From Phyllosticta citribraziliensis (taxonomy: Eukaryota): a stretch of 64,000 nt of DNA. Positions 11,716-23,201 of the stretch are shown here, piece after piece. The number at the start of each line of letters is the position of its first letter. Positions within the stretch are counted from its first letter, which is position 1. The stretch spans positions 992,001 through 1,056,000 of the forward strand of contig NW_027117348.1 of NCBI RefSeq assembly GCF_038025025.1, read 5' to 3'. The position numbers and the translations under genes are program-made. The notes beneath the pieces are model-generated. The model saw only the letters and a list, made by a program, of their open reading frames with translations. It searched no databases and was not told the origin of the DNA.

Positions 11716-11735
11716 CCAATGGCGGCGCAGACAAT
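11716..11735 (+). promoter_or_regulatory. Candidate CBC:HapX bipartite site (CCAAT-N12-AAT) upstream of CCC1
   Basis: CCAAT GGCGGCGCAGAC AAT matches CSAATN12RWT exactly, ~155 bp upstream of the CCC1 ATG. Confidence 0.55.
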
Positions 11736-12487
11736 CAGTGTCATCCTATCGATTGCGCATGCCCACGCCCCCACCGTGGGCGACGGACTGCAGAAGCACC
11801 TGTGCTCCACTGCACGTACCTGCATCCATGGCGGGGTTGAGTGCTTCCTATGGCTAGACATCAAGCACTTCTCCCTTTTCGCCTCTCCCGTCCTCGGCAA
11901 AGCTTAGCAAGCTCCGGCGATCCACCTTGCGGACTTTCTTTCAACCTCGACCCAGCCACCGTCTCCCACTTTCTCCAACCACATTTTTCTATCCTCACAC
12001 GTGGGAATCGACATCATGCTATCTCTGGTGCTACGGAACCCGCCTGACTGTGGAGCTATGCAGCCAAGAGGCCAAAGAGCTGCGTGCCTGTATCGCAAAA
12101 GCCCTCCACGTGCTCTGATACTGGTGCTTCTAGCCTCTCCTGAGCACCGACACGCGACACCAACTTGCCTTTTTTGACCGCAGCTTCGTAATGGAGGCTT
12201 TTCAACAGGCCGTTGATTCCGCTCTATCCGCCGCCACCTTCCTCTCGTAGTCTACCGCCATGTTGCCCAACGGAGACTTGTCTCTGTTTGTTTTCGAGTC
12301 TCCGAGGGTGGATTCTCATGACTTGCAAACTCTGTCTCTTGCAGAAGTGGCATTGAATGCTCCACAAGACGCGTACCGTTGTCTTTTGGATCAAGTCGTG
12401 AGCACTTTTGGTGGGTAGTATAAAAGTGAACATGCCCAGGGTAGTTCAAGCAGCATTGGCGTCCTCTTGCCTCTCCAATTGACCATC

Positions 12488-14013
12488 ATGAGGACTGAAT
12501 TCGCAAACATCCTGGCCTCTGGCCTTGCTCTTGTTTGCTTGTCTTCTGCTGCTCCCGTTGTGATTCATGGCTCATCAAACTCCAGTAGCGTTTGGCAATC
12601 GCTGAATGGCAAGGTAAGATCTCCCGCGGCGGCACTCAAGTCTCCTCTTAACTGTGCCCTAGATCAAGCACGTGGTTTATCTGATGATGGAGAATCATTC
12701 GTTCGACAACATTGCAGGATACTGGGATTTTCATCCAGACATTGATAACCTGAGGGTAAGCAACCAAATAAGTCATGCAATCTTACTCTAACAACCCTTA
12801 GAACATCAGCTACTGCAACAATTACACCAATCCAAATTGGACCATCTGGAATGAGCCCATTTCCATTTGTGCTGGTCCTTATGAAAAGGAAGTGCCTCTT
12901 AAGGATCCAGACCACAACTTTGCTGGAGTCTCCTATGAGATTTACCAAAAGTGGGAGCCGACCAATCAAGACGAGCCAAACATGCTTGGCTTCATCGACC
13001 GGCAGTCCGAAAAGTACAGTGCTACGCCTGGAGACAGCGCCTTTGTCATCAAAGCGTACAGCGAAAAGAAGAGCAAGACGCTGGCAACTCTTGCCCAAAA
13101 CTTTGCCTTTTTCGACGCCTACCACGCTGAGCATCCTGGACCGACCAACCCGAACCGTCAATTCGCCACCAGCGGCTCGACTTGCGGCATGGTCGACAAC
13201 ACGGACCAAGCTGCAGGCTGGTACGCCAACGTGACTGGAACGACATGTGCCAAATCCGTATTCGAGGCTCTCGGCGAAAAGAACATATCGTGGAAAAACT
13301 ACTACGAGACCGACATTGTGGATGCCTTCATGTATGAATGGGTCCAGGAGAATGCCATGGAGCGCCTTGTCCACTCGGACGAGTTTTATTCTGACATTGC
13401 CAACGGAACGCTCCCGGGCTTTTCCTACTACAACCCCGAATGCTGCACCATCGACTCGATGCACCCAACCAGCAACATGGCGGCTGGGGAACAGCTCATC
13501 AAGCACCTCTACGATGCGATTCGCAACTCGCAGTACTGGGACAACACGCTCATCATCATCAACTTTGACGAGCACGGAGGCTTCGCCGACCACGTCCCGC
13601 CGCCATACAACATTCCCGCACCCGAGGACGCCATCACCTTTAGCGGCGAGTCTGACGGTCACAATGTCACCTATGACTTTACGCGCCTGGGAGTGCGCGT
13701 CCCCGCGTTTCTCATTTCGCCGTGGATCGCGCCCAACACGCTGATCCACAATGAAGGCACTAGCTATGCCGACAACAGCGCCTACACGCACACTTCCATG
13801 CTGCACTTTTTGCAGGAACTGTGGGGACTGGAGGGCCTGAACAACCGGGTCCAGTGGGCCAAGACTTTTGAGCACATCTTTCAAGATACGAAGAGGGAGG
13901 ATGCGATTGCCAGGTTGCCGGTTCCCGAGTGGATTGGGGGGAGCGAGGAGTCGCAGCCAGATGCATTCTACAAGCTCAACCAGCCGTACAGTTATTATGA
14001 GAGCTTGGAATAG
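12488..14013 (+). CDS. Secreted phosphoesterase-family enzyme (non-specific phospholipase C / AcpA-like), 2 introns
   Basis: Signal peptide; IKHVVYLMMENHSFDN, DPDHNF, PGPTNPNR, SMHP, IINFDEHGGFADHVPPP, RLGVRVPAFLISPW, YTHTSML. TATAAAA at 12419. Introns at ~12614-12662 and ~12755-12801. Confidence 0.9.
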
Positions 14014-14608
14014 GGATGGATGAGTGGATGAGTTATGAATGTCGATATGAAGAGATATCCAATTTCCGTTGTACTCTTGACTTCCCGTCCTTATCAGTCG
14101 TGTTGAAATCGACCACCGCGGCTGCAGCCTTGGATGCAGATGACGACGTCTGAAAATATCTGGACTCTGAGGACTTTGCCGGATTTGCCCTGAAGAATGC
14201 AGAGACCCTTTTTTGCACTTGCGGGTCTGCCATGTATGCATTCTTCTCGTGTCTCGCGCTCGACAGTGCCCACGATTGAGGCCTCTGACCAAGCTCACAT
14301 GCTCCAACTTTTTGGCTAAACAGTTTTCCCTACGTTCTTATTGAAAAAGAATTTTCGCAAGAGACCAGGGACTGCAAGTGATGATCTTCTGGAAACGCTG
14401 ATCAGGCGGCGCCGTTGTGGACCCTTCCCCACGGGGTGGCAGAAGCAGGGCTCAGCCTTGCCCAAAAGCGGCTAGCTCCCGTACCTGCCAAAACACCGCA
14501 CCAACGATTGGCACTGAAAGTTTCATTTCCCCATCTCTCTCAAAACCCCCACAACCGCCACGCTCTTTGAAACGGACAGTCGCTCTTTTCAGATCATCAC
14601 CGGCCAGC

Positions 14609-15382
14609 ATGTTTCTCAAAGTCGTCCTCTTTGCGCTCTGCGCGATCCTCGGACTCGCCCAGATCGCCAATGCCGCCACTCCCGCCTGCGTGCTCGCCGT
14701 CGTCGGGCAGACCAAAAACCCAGCCAACCTGACAGACATTTGCAACGACAGAAACATACAGGGCATGCTGGAGGACAAGTGCAAGGAGCAAGACCAGGTC
14801 AAGGCGGGCTTGGACACGTTCTCGTCCGTCTGTTTGGGCGCTGGCATCACTGTCCGTGAGTAGAGACTGTGCAGGCCCAATGTTTTCCGCTCGCGTCGTT
14901 GTATTGCTTATTACCACGTAGCTATTAACGAGGAGACGTCGTCGTCATCATCGACTTCAGCCTTCGAAAAAGCAACCTCCAAACCTGCTTCTACCTCCGA
15001 AACTGCTTCTCCTTCCGAAACTGCTTCCACTTCTTCAAAGATTGATTCCACTTCAAAGATTGCTTCTACCTCCAAGATTGATTCAACCGCAAAGATTTCT
15101 TCCAAGACTGCTAATGCCACCTCTTCCTCTTCAGCCTCCCAATCCGAAACCGCCACCTCCAAAACTGCTTCCAGAACCGCCAATGCCACCGCTTCCGCCA
15201 GCGAGTCGGCTTCCGAGACGGCATCTAGGACGGGACCGGCCGCTACCGGTACCGAGAGTCCCGGCGCTACGTCGACCTCGACGCCGTCGGCTGGCCGCGA
15301 ACCGTACTATGGCACTGTCAATGTCGTCCAGACTATCCTTTTATCTATGGCTGTCGCCATGACGCTCCTTCTCGCCTGGTAG
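14609..15382 (+). CDS. GPI-anchored cell-wall protein with small Cys domain (Ccw14/reduced-CFEM-like) and Ser/Thr-rich stalk
   Basis: Signal peptide; TPACVLAVV..DIC..DKC..FSSVC; intron 14856-14921; S/T-rich repeats (STSKID/STSKIA); hydrophobic C-terminus VVQTILLSMAVAMTLLLAW*. Confidence 0.8.
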
Positions 15383-16199
15383 GCGGCGCTCCCGTGCTGC
15401 TGCACTCAAAATGCCGCGTCCTCCCGAAAGTCACGGTCCGGTACGATTCGAACTACTTCTCAATTTCTCGCCATGGGACGACATCCTCGGTTTTAGCGCG
15501 TCAAAACCCAAGTCCAGGCCGCGGATGTCACAATTGTTGTTCCTCTTGTCTTCTAGACCAAGGCCAAGACCAAGCCTTCCACGTAAAAGGTCATTTCCCG
15601 GGACACAGTAGACAACAAAACCAGGAGCCTAAATCAGACATCGTCTTGTGCAGCGGCAACCACCGGCTTTCCTTCTTCGTCAGGCACATCGGTAGTGGGG
15701 AGTTGTGAATTGCGGCATTACGCAGGCAGCACGCGACTCTTCTTAACAGCGCCTCTCTTTTGGGTCATTTTTTCGAATTCGGCGGAGGCAGGGCAGTGTG
15801 CCATTCTCGTGGGGGCTTGGACATGTAATTACTGATACCCCGAATCCCACCACGGCTCATTGCAGTCGTCTCTTGTCATTCTCGTCGGAATGTTTGTCTT
15901 GAAGAGCTTTTCCAGCCTAGGATGCCATAGTCCTGTGGTTGAGTCGGTCCCTGTGATAGCCCCCCTGTCTTGCCGCTCGAGGAACACTATTCCTGTCGTA
16001 ATGGGTCAGAGTGAATTTCGTGACGTGAGGCCTTCCTCAACAGCCTCGTTGCGATGCATCTTATTCTCATATGAAGCAAAAAAGCAAGCCAACTCCATGA
16101 TAACCATGCAATGCAAACGCCACTCATGCTCCTCTCTTCTTTTCCCTCTCACTTCCCTACTGTCCACCTATTTCTTCCTTTGTTGACGTCCCGACTGCT

Positions 16200-17081
16200 T
16201 CAAATCAACCTCCCCAACGCCCTCGCATCGCCGATGCCAAAGTCTTCCATATTCTTTTCACCCCGCCGCGCACCACCCGCAACCTTGACGCCAGCACGCT
16301 TGGGCGCTCGCGGCGGTTTCTTCGCGCCACCGCTGCCACTGCTAGCGCTGCTTCCACCGACCACTGTCGATGTCGGTCTGCTATCCTTATCCTTCTCCCT
16401 CCGCTCGCGCTCCCTCTCCTCTTCCAGCCGCACCTCGACATCGCCCATCGTGACCTCAACCTCGAACTCTTCCCCTCCACTCCTCTCTGCCCGTGCCTCC
16501 GCACCGTCATCTTCCCCTCGTTCTTCCTCCTTCTGTCCCTCATCTCCACCCCCGCCCCTCTCCCCAACCAACCCCTCGATGACCTTGAGTTTCGCCTGCG
16601 CCCGCCTAAGCCGATCATCAAAATCCGCAACGCCGTCCTCCGTATTCCGCGTCTCCAGCGACGCCGCCTCGGCCAGCGCATGCAGCGCATGAACATGCGT
16701 CCGCAGCCGGGCCCGCGGCGGGAGCGCACCCAACCTCTGCCTCTTCCCCTCCTCCTCCTCCTGTCCCTTCTCCATCTTCTTCATCCGACTCGCCGCCGCC
16801 CCCTCATCGTCATCACCCAGCCGCGCACCCCACACGCCCGCCCTCCCCGCCAGCGCGCCCATCGCGAAGAACTTTTCGAACCCCTTCTCGAGTCCAAACA
16901 CGCGGCCCTCGATGCGGCCGGCGCGCGCGCCGTCGGCGCGGCCCAGTGCGAAGCCTTCGTCGTAGTAGGTTGATTCGAGGTTTTGCGGGTGCGAGAAGGG
17001 GTCGGCGTCGTCGTCGGTTGCGCTGGTATTTGCGGCGTTGGTTGAGGGGATTGGTATCGGTATCGGAGTGGGAGGGGCCAT
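16200..17081 (-). CDS. LTO1: Lto1/ORAOV1-like Yae1_N (deca-GX3) protein, Fe-S insertion adaptor for Rli1
   Basis: LESTYYDEGFALGRADGARAGRIEGRVFGLEKGFEKF (repeating GX3) and NTEDGVADFDDRLRRAQAKLKVIE. Confidence 0.8.
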   Translation of the reverse strand: MAPPTPIPIPIPSTNAANTSATDDDADPFSHPQNLESTYYDEGFALGRADGARAGRIEGRVFGLEKGFEKFFAMGALAGRAGVWGARLGDDDEGAAASRMKKMEKGQEEEEGKRQRLGALPPRARLRTHVHALHALAEAASLETRNTEDGVADFDDRLRRAQAKLKVIEGLVGERGGGGDEGQKEEERGEDDGAEARAERSGGEEFEVEVTMGDVEVRLEEERERERREKDKDSRPTSTVVGGSSASSGSGGAKKPPRAPKRAGVKVAGGARRGEKNMEDFGIGDARALGRLI

Positions 17082-17599
17082 AGTGGGCGGTTGGTGGGTG
17101 GGTTGGTTTGTTCGTGAGCGAGGCGAGGGCGCGCTTGCGGTTGTAGCCCAGTGATGTGATTTGTTTTGGGTTTGGTGCAGTAGACAGTGCAGACGGACGA
17201 GCGGACGGTAGAAGGCTTGATGTCGTCGTCTTTGTAGGGCTTGCGAGACGCAGGTTGTGGTGTTTTCGTGGATGCCGACGGCGGCGGGAAAGTTTTGGGC
17301 GGGCCGCGGCCGTTAGCGGGATGGATTGTGGATGGACGGGATGGATCGACGGCCGGGATGATGGCGCGCGGGATCGCGTCATTATTGGTTGGCGTCCACG
17401 CGTAGGGGTCCAGACATCATGACATCCAGACATCACGACGACGGAGCCTCACTTTGATCTTGCAAACGACGCTGGCCAGGTACGCAGAAATCTCGAAAAG
17501 AGGCTAGCAACAGATGTGGACAACATGCCCAGCACCCACCAAACGCATTCTCCCCAAGCGCCCGCATAAAGCGAACAGCTCAATGAAAAAACAAAGTGA

Positions 17600-17848
17600 T
17601 GGTCGCGTCAGCCCCCGGTAGTGCTACGGGAGCGACACAGTGACGAGCAGCGCATGGGCAAGCCCAGAGGCGCACCCGCCCGCGTGCAAAAAGTTGGTTA
17701 ACCAGTAGAAGAGCCCGTAGGCTCAGTTCAGTGGTCAAACTAAACAGAACAGACTGCGTTGGGTGGTTAGCTTTGGCGTAGCAAGTGAGAGGGGGAAGAG
17801 GCGACTCACTACTACACTTGATCTTAGCCAAAGGGCAAAGAGGAGCTG
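17600..17848 (-). ncRNA. U2: U2 spliceosomal snRNA gene, interrupted by a spliceosomal intron (exon 1 ~17848-17810, exon 2 17753-~17600; mature ~193 nt)
   Basis: Minus strand reads AGCTCCTCTTTGCCCTTTGGCTAAGATCAAGTGTAGTA | intron | TCTGTTCT, i.e. the invariant U2 5' core. It continues with stem IIa (GTTTAG/CTGAAC), IIb (GAGCC-TACG-GGCTC), the IIc complement TGGTTAA, Sm site AACTTTTTG (17695-17687), stem III, and stem IV with a GTAGCACTAC loop. Ends are approximate. Confidence 0.95.
17754..17809 (-). other. 56-nt mRNA-type (GT-AG) intron inside U2 snRNA
   Basis: Donor GTGAGT (17809-17804), pyrimidine tract, branch site GCTAAC (17771-17766), acceptor CAG (17756-17754). Removal restores AAGTGTAGTATCTGTTCT exactly. 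Confidence 0.93.
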
Positions 17849-17888
17849 GAGAAAAGAAAAGGTGGTCGAGGGCGGGGGGAGGGCGGGC

Positions 17889-17895
17889 TTTTATA
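17889..17895 (-). promoter_or_regulatory. TATA box of the U2 gene
   Basis: TATAAAA on the minus strand ~45 nt upstream of the inferred U2 5' end. Confidence 0.7.
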
Positions 17896-18100
17896 CTGCT
17901 GGCTCGCGTGTTGCGCCCGCGGCCACGGCCGTTGGGTCTGCGCCTGCGCTAACGGCTTTGGGAGGTGTGAAGCGCCTGCGGGAGCGCCCGCTGGCCGGCG
18001 GAGGGGAGGTGACAGTAGAGGGCAGGCAGAGCATAGGTCGGTGGAGTGATTCCGTGTCATTTTGATTCTGTGTTGTGCTATCCGACGCGCTCGCCCTGGG

Positions 18101-20054
18101 CTACCACATGAAGCGTTGCACGTTTCCGGGCTCCTGCGGCCACTCGAAGCCCCAGTTCAGAAACATGTAGCCCGTCGCCAGGTTGACGAGCAAAAACCAC
18201 GCCGTCTCTGCCCACAGCCACGTCTCATGGCCTGGCGCTTTTGCTCCCTCGCCAGCTGACCCTTCCTCTCTCTTTTCCTTGACTTGAACAGCGCCATCCG
18301 TCTCGCCAATCGGGAAATGCAGCCTCCACATGATCCACGGGACGATGAAGTAGCGCGGCTCCACCAGCGGCGCGGTGGTGAGGTTGAGTGTTGTGGTTGC
18401 GAGCCATACGAGCACGAAGGAGACCTGGCAGCCCTCCTCAACCAGGTCTTCCTTCTTGACGTCCTTGGGAACCGCGACTTCTTTGCGGCCCCCCGACTCG
18501 GCCGATTGCTTCTTTTCTTCTGCTGCTGGCGTGATGGCGAGACGTGGCGGCGAGCCCAGTGCTTGGACTACCAACCATCCGCCTAGAACGTACAAGGGTG
18601 CCGCGAGGTACTTGAGAAGCGGGTACGCGCGCAGGATGCGGAACACGTAGAACACGTAGTGCCGGTTATCGGCGAGGGTGAAGGGGTGGATTATGGTGTT
18701 GAAGTAGACCACAAGCGCGCCAACGAGCGTCCATGCGGCGAGCACGGTGACACGGGGCAGCAAGTCTTTTTGCCCTGGAGTGCTCCACGACCGGAGGCGT
18801 GCAGGTAGAGCAGTTGCGGGGACCAAGGAGAGGACGGCCGAGATGATAGAAGGAGCGAGGATTGGAAAGGAGAAGAAGAGGATGTAGGGCCAGATGTAGA
18901 GCATTTGCGGGAGGTGGAGCGTAGCAATGTGGTTGGACTTGTCGCCTGGGATTGTCAGTCGGATCCAGGGGCTGATGTCGAGTGCTTACCTAGAACTACG
19001 CCGCCGTTCCACACGACAAACGATCCGAACAGAAAGATGAGAATTGCATAAGGTGCAGCTGCAGCAATCACGGCGACTGGATACCGGAGAGCTGCAATAC
19101 CAAGAGACAGCGTCGTCTTGACATAGTCTACTCTCTGTTAGTATTGCATCGACGGCATGAGAGGATGCAACGAACCATCTACCGACGCAAAGCGCACGGG
19201 CTTGTCATAGACGCTCATATTCATCGCACTGATGCGCAGGACGTCGAAAATCGAATCCTCCTTGGCTCCCTCAGGGGGCGGATGAGCAGACTTCTTGAGC
19301 GACTGAACGACTGCCAGCCCGGCAGGAAAGACGGCGACCCAAAAGATGTTGGTCTGCCGAAAAAATAAAGCAGCAACGCCAATCAAGACGGTCACGACAG
19401 CAGAAGCCGTCTTGCCAGCCTTCTTTTGCTGAGTTTTCAGTGCGTGGTGGTAGCTCAGCAGGACGAAGAGAGTCGAAGGTACATCGGTGTAATAGAGTCC
19501 CAGGAAAAAGAACAAGGGCGGGAAGAGACAGATGTTGACGGCGGTGTGGACGGCGCTTGTGAAGAGGGTGACGTCTCTCTTGTTGTATGCAAAATTTGTC
19601 GGCGATGCGTTTGTCGTCTTGAGGAGCCCGTAGAGCCTGGTGAGGATGGAAAATGAAATTTGCGCAAGGAACAGGGCCAGAGAGCAATTCAAAGCGCGCA
19701 GCACAAAGACATCACATCGGCCTGTGATTCTGAATACGACATAGGACAACAAATATCTTGAAGAATCAGCAAGAGAGTTTTTGACAGCACGTTTGATCGA
19801 CGTACAAGCCGGGAGGCGTAGTAATTTTGGGATCCCATTTGCCAAACTCGCCAGCGCAGTACACTTGGGCTTGACCGACGTGAAAGACCTCGTCCTTAAA
19901 TTTGCATTAGTAGACATTTTTGCCTGCTCATCCGCCAACTCACGAGATACGGCTCCGGCACCCTGTCCGAGATTTTGGACAGCCATTCCCACGACGGAAT
20001 CAGCAGCAGCGTGAAGCCCAGCGCCAGGACCTTGAAAACGGCAGGAGGGTCCAT
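18101..20054 (-). CDS. ALG10: Dol-P-Glc alpha-1,2-glucosyltransferase Alg10/Die2, multi-exon
   Basis: [119 protein letters not shown]. Confidence 0.95.
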
Positions 20055-20259
20055 GGCGAGACAAATCGGACTTTTCAATTGACTCGCCCACAAGACAAAA
20101 ACGCAAAGGACGTTGCGAGAAAAGGTCGATCAGCGAGCTACAAACACCACGAAATCCGCCTCGGCAAAAGGCCGGCGGACGGACCAATGGCGCGTCGGCC
20201 ATCGACTCGTCGCGTCTTCCCAAATCTACTGTACACGCGCAACCATCTTCCCTCTCACC

Positions 20260-21083
20260 ATGGCGTTACCGCTGCCTCCTGGGCTGACGCCGCCCGAAGT
20301 AGCCTTTTTGTGTGAAATGGAGCTCGTCACCGTGGTCCCGCGGCAGAAGCTGGAGAGCCTCGAACTGCTAGGAGTGAGTTGACCCCAAGGACCATCACCA
20401 GCAAAGTCTGTACCGTACGTTTTGCCCACACCACACGCCCAGAAGACTAACAAGCTCATGAACTGCTGCAGGGCGCAACGCCAGTCCTGACGCCGCCGCA
20501 CCGCGCCAACATCCCGCTCTGGCTGGCCCTGGTGCTGAAGCGCCAACGCCGCGCCAACATCATGCCGCCGCCGTGGCTGCACCCGGTCGCGCTGACGGCG
20601 ATTCTCGAGTTCGAAACCGAGCATAGCAAGGAGGCCTTCTCGCCGCCGCCCAAGCCGCCCGCCAACGCCGCCGACACGACGTCGCCACCCTTCCTGCCGT
20701 CGTCGACCGCCGACGCCCCCGCCGACGCCCTGCCCTACCACTGGCTCGAGCTGGGCGAGATACTGCTCGAGGCGGCCGCCGACGACTTCGACGACGCCAA
20801 TGCCGTCCGCCGCCTCATGCGCGACTTGCGCGAGGTCCGCATGGCCAAGCTGCGCGCCGGCGTCGACGTGCTGGATGCCGCCGCCGGAATCAAGATGACT
20901 GGCGTCGGCGGCATGGAGGTGGCCGAGGGCCGCAGCTTCATCGGCGGCGTGGTCGACGGGCTGAGGAAGATTGGCGCGTCGAGAGAGCAGGCGAGGCGGG
21001 AGCGCGAGAACGAGGAGAGGGAGAATGGGTATGCGGGGAGGGGAACATACGACGACGACGACGACGAGGAGATGGACATGTGA
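20260..21083 (+). CDS. PSF2: GINS complex subunit Psf2
   Basis: [31 protein letters not shown], intron 20374-20471, [41 protein letters not shown]. Confidence 0.95.
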
Positions 21084-21600
21084 GGGAGGGCAAACAAGAC
21101 TGGAGTCTGGCATGGTTTGGCGTACTATTGGATCTTGAGAGAAAACTTGGAGGCTCCGTCGATACACACTTTTGAGATACCTCGGACGAAACCAATTGTT
21201 CATAACTGATCTTTTTCTGGCCTGTTTGCTGAGCTACAGGCACGAATATGGAGAAGCAACTTTTCAGATACCGGCCCGAACCTGCGCCAAAACAAAAGAA
21301 GCAGACGCCGGTCAACGTCGATGAGCACAGGGACCAGTTCCACCAAAGCAACATCCGCGTTGCTCGGATCAAGTACGTAGGGTGCGACAGGGCAACATGG
21401 GTAGTAATACAAGCTTCTTGCAAATCAAGCGCCGGCGTCCAGTCGGGAAAGACCATTCAATCCAGTCCAGCCAGTAGCAGTCTCGAACCATAGCTAGCAG
21501 CCACGCGGCCTCGTCTCTTCCATTTTCCGCTCTTGAATATCATCTGCGCACTGCGTGCCATCTACACAGCCTCGTGATCCTACACACCAGCCGAAGTGGA

Positions 21601-23201
21601 TCATGCGTCTGCAAACAGCACAATCTCACCCCTGTCATTCTTCCGCAGCCTCAATGCCTTCCACAGCTCCTTCTCCTCCTCCGCCCGCGACGACGCGCCC
21701 TCCTTCTCCTTGAAGTAGCGCTTCAGCGCCTTATTCAGACTGACGCCACGCTCGCTGTCCGGGCCCTTGGTGACGAGGCCGAAGAAGAGATCGGCGCGGG
21801 CATTGCCGGTGCTCGCACCGTTCTTGTCGTACTTGACAACGGCGCCCGCCGCGTCGTCCTGGGGGTGGTACTCAATGGCCTTGGTAGCCTTGCGAGCGGC
21901 GTGTTCGGGCGACGAGGAACTGGCGCGGCGGCGGCGCACGCGTACGATTTCGCGGCCGCGGCGCTGCGTCGTCGTGTCGGCGGCGGCGTCGTGGTGTTTG
22001 GACTTTTTGCTCTTCTTGGCGTCCTTGTCCTTGTCCTTGCGGCCTTCCTTGGTCGACGAGGCGTTGCTGCTGTGCTTCTTGCGCTTGATGGGGGACGAGG
22101 CGGACGGGGAGGGTGCGTCGTTGGAATCGTCGGCGGCGTCGCCGGAAGAGTCGGGCGAGGGAAAGGCGGCGCCGTCGCCAGGCGCTGAAAGCATCTTGTT
22201 GAGCCCGCCCGTCAGTCCCGTGTGCAGCATGGGCGGCGCGTCAACCATGGTCGTGTCTTCGGCGTGGGCATCTTCGAGGTGCTGCCGCTTGCGCTTCTTG
22301 TCCGATTTGCTGCTCTTGGCCGTCGTCTGCTCCTGCGGCTCCCTACGATGGTGGTCCCATTTGTTAGCCGGTGTATATGGCGCCCCGTATCTGGGTGGTG
22401 GTTCAAGGTCCCAAGAGTCGAAGCGGTCCAATCCGGGCCTGACGGGGGCGTGGCTGTAAAGGTAGCCGTCTTCCTCATACCTGCGATCCTGCTCGGAGCC
22501 ACTCGGTCCAGGAGTGTTTTGGGTCGTCGTCGTCGTGTTGGTCGTGGTCAAACCCTGTCCGTCCTCAATCATTCGAGTCTCGTCAGCGGTTGGCCCCGTG
22601 GATATTCTTGGTGCAGTGGGGGTGTCGTCGGTGACCAGAAAGTCGAATACATTTACAGCTGGCGGCGGGCTGGGAGCAGCGGGCGGGACGTCCAGGACTG
22701 CGGGTACCTCTTCAATGGGAGCCTTGGTGGGCACGAGAGCTTGCGAGTTGTTGGCATTATTTTGTCTTGGCTGGGGACCCTTTTTCTTCTCCTTGTACAG
22801 CTTGCCCTGGTACTTTTGGGCCTCGCTCATGCACGACTTTTTGTCAAAGAAGGTCAGCATCTTGACTTGTTGTAGGGTGCAGACAATGGGTCGCGACATG
22901 GTCGAGACGGAGGAGCTAGAGCGGCGGGGCAGACTTGACAACAGTTGTCTCTGAGGCAGCAAGGGGGCGGAGGGGCGGACGGACGGTATGCGCTTTGTAG
23001 GACGTGCCTTGGAAATGCTTCATACAGTCGATGCAAGTGTACGAGGCATTCCAGCACTGGTTGCGGTGGCCGTCGAGCTTCTTTTTGGTGAGGACGTCTC
23101 CGCAGCCCTGTCCACGCGATCAACGTCAGTCAGCCAGCGCGAGACGGCATTGCGCTTCGTATGTAGGTAGCAGGCGGTACCTCGCAGGAAAACGAGACCA
23201 T
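21601..23201 (-). CDS. LYAR-type C2HC zinc-finger nucleolar protein, 2 introns
   Basis: MVSFSCE|GCGDVLTKKKLDGHRNQC..YTCIDCMKHF..YKAHT|SCMSEAQKYQGKLY; Lys-rich C-terminal half. Confidence 0.9.

Noticed and set aside
12664..14307. Long antisense ORFs (547 aa here; also 5725-7101, 41348-42820, 60657-61967)
   Set aside because: These are shadow ORFs opposite real genes, produced by high GC3 codon bias; no recognisable motifs.
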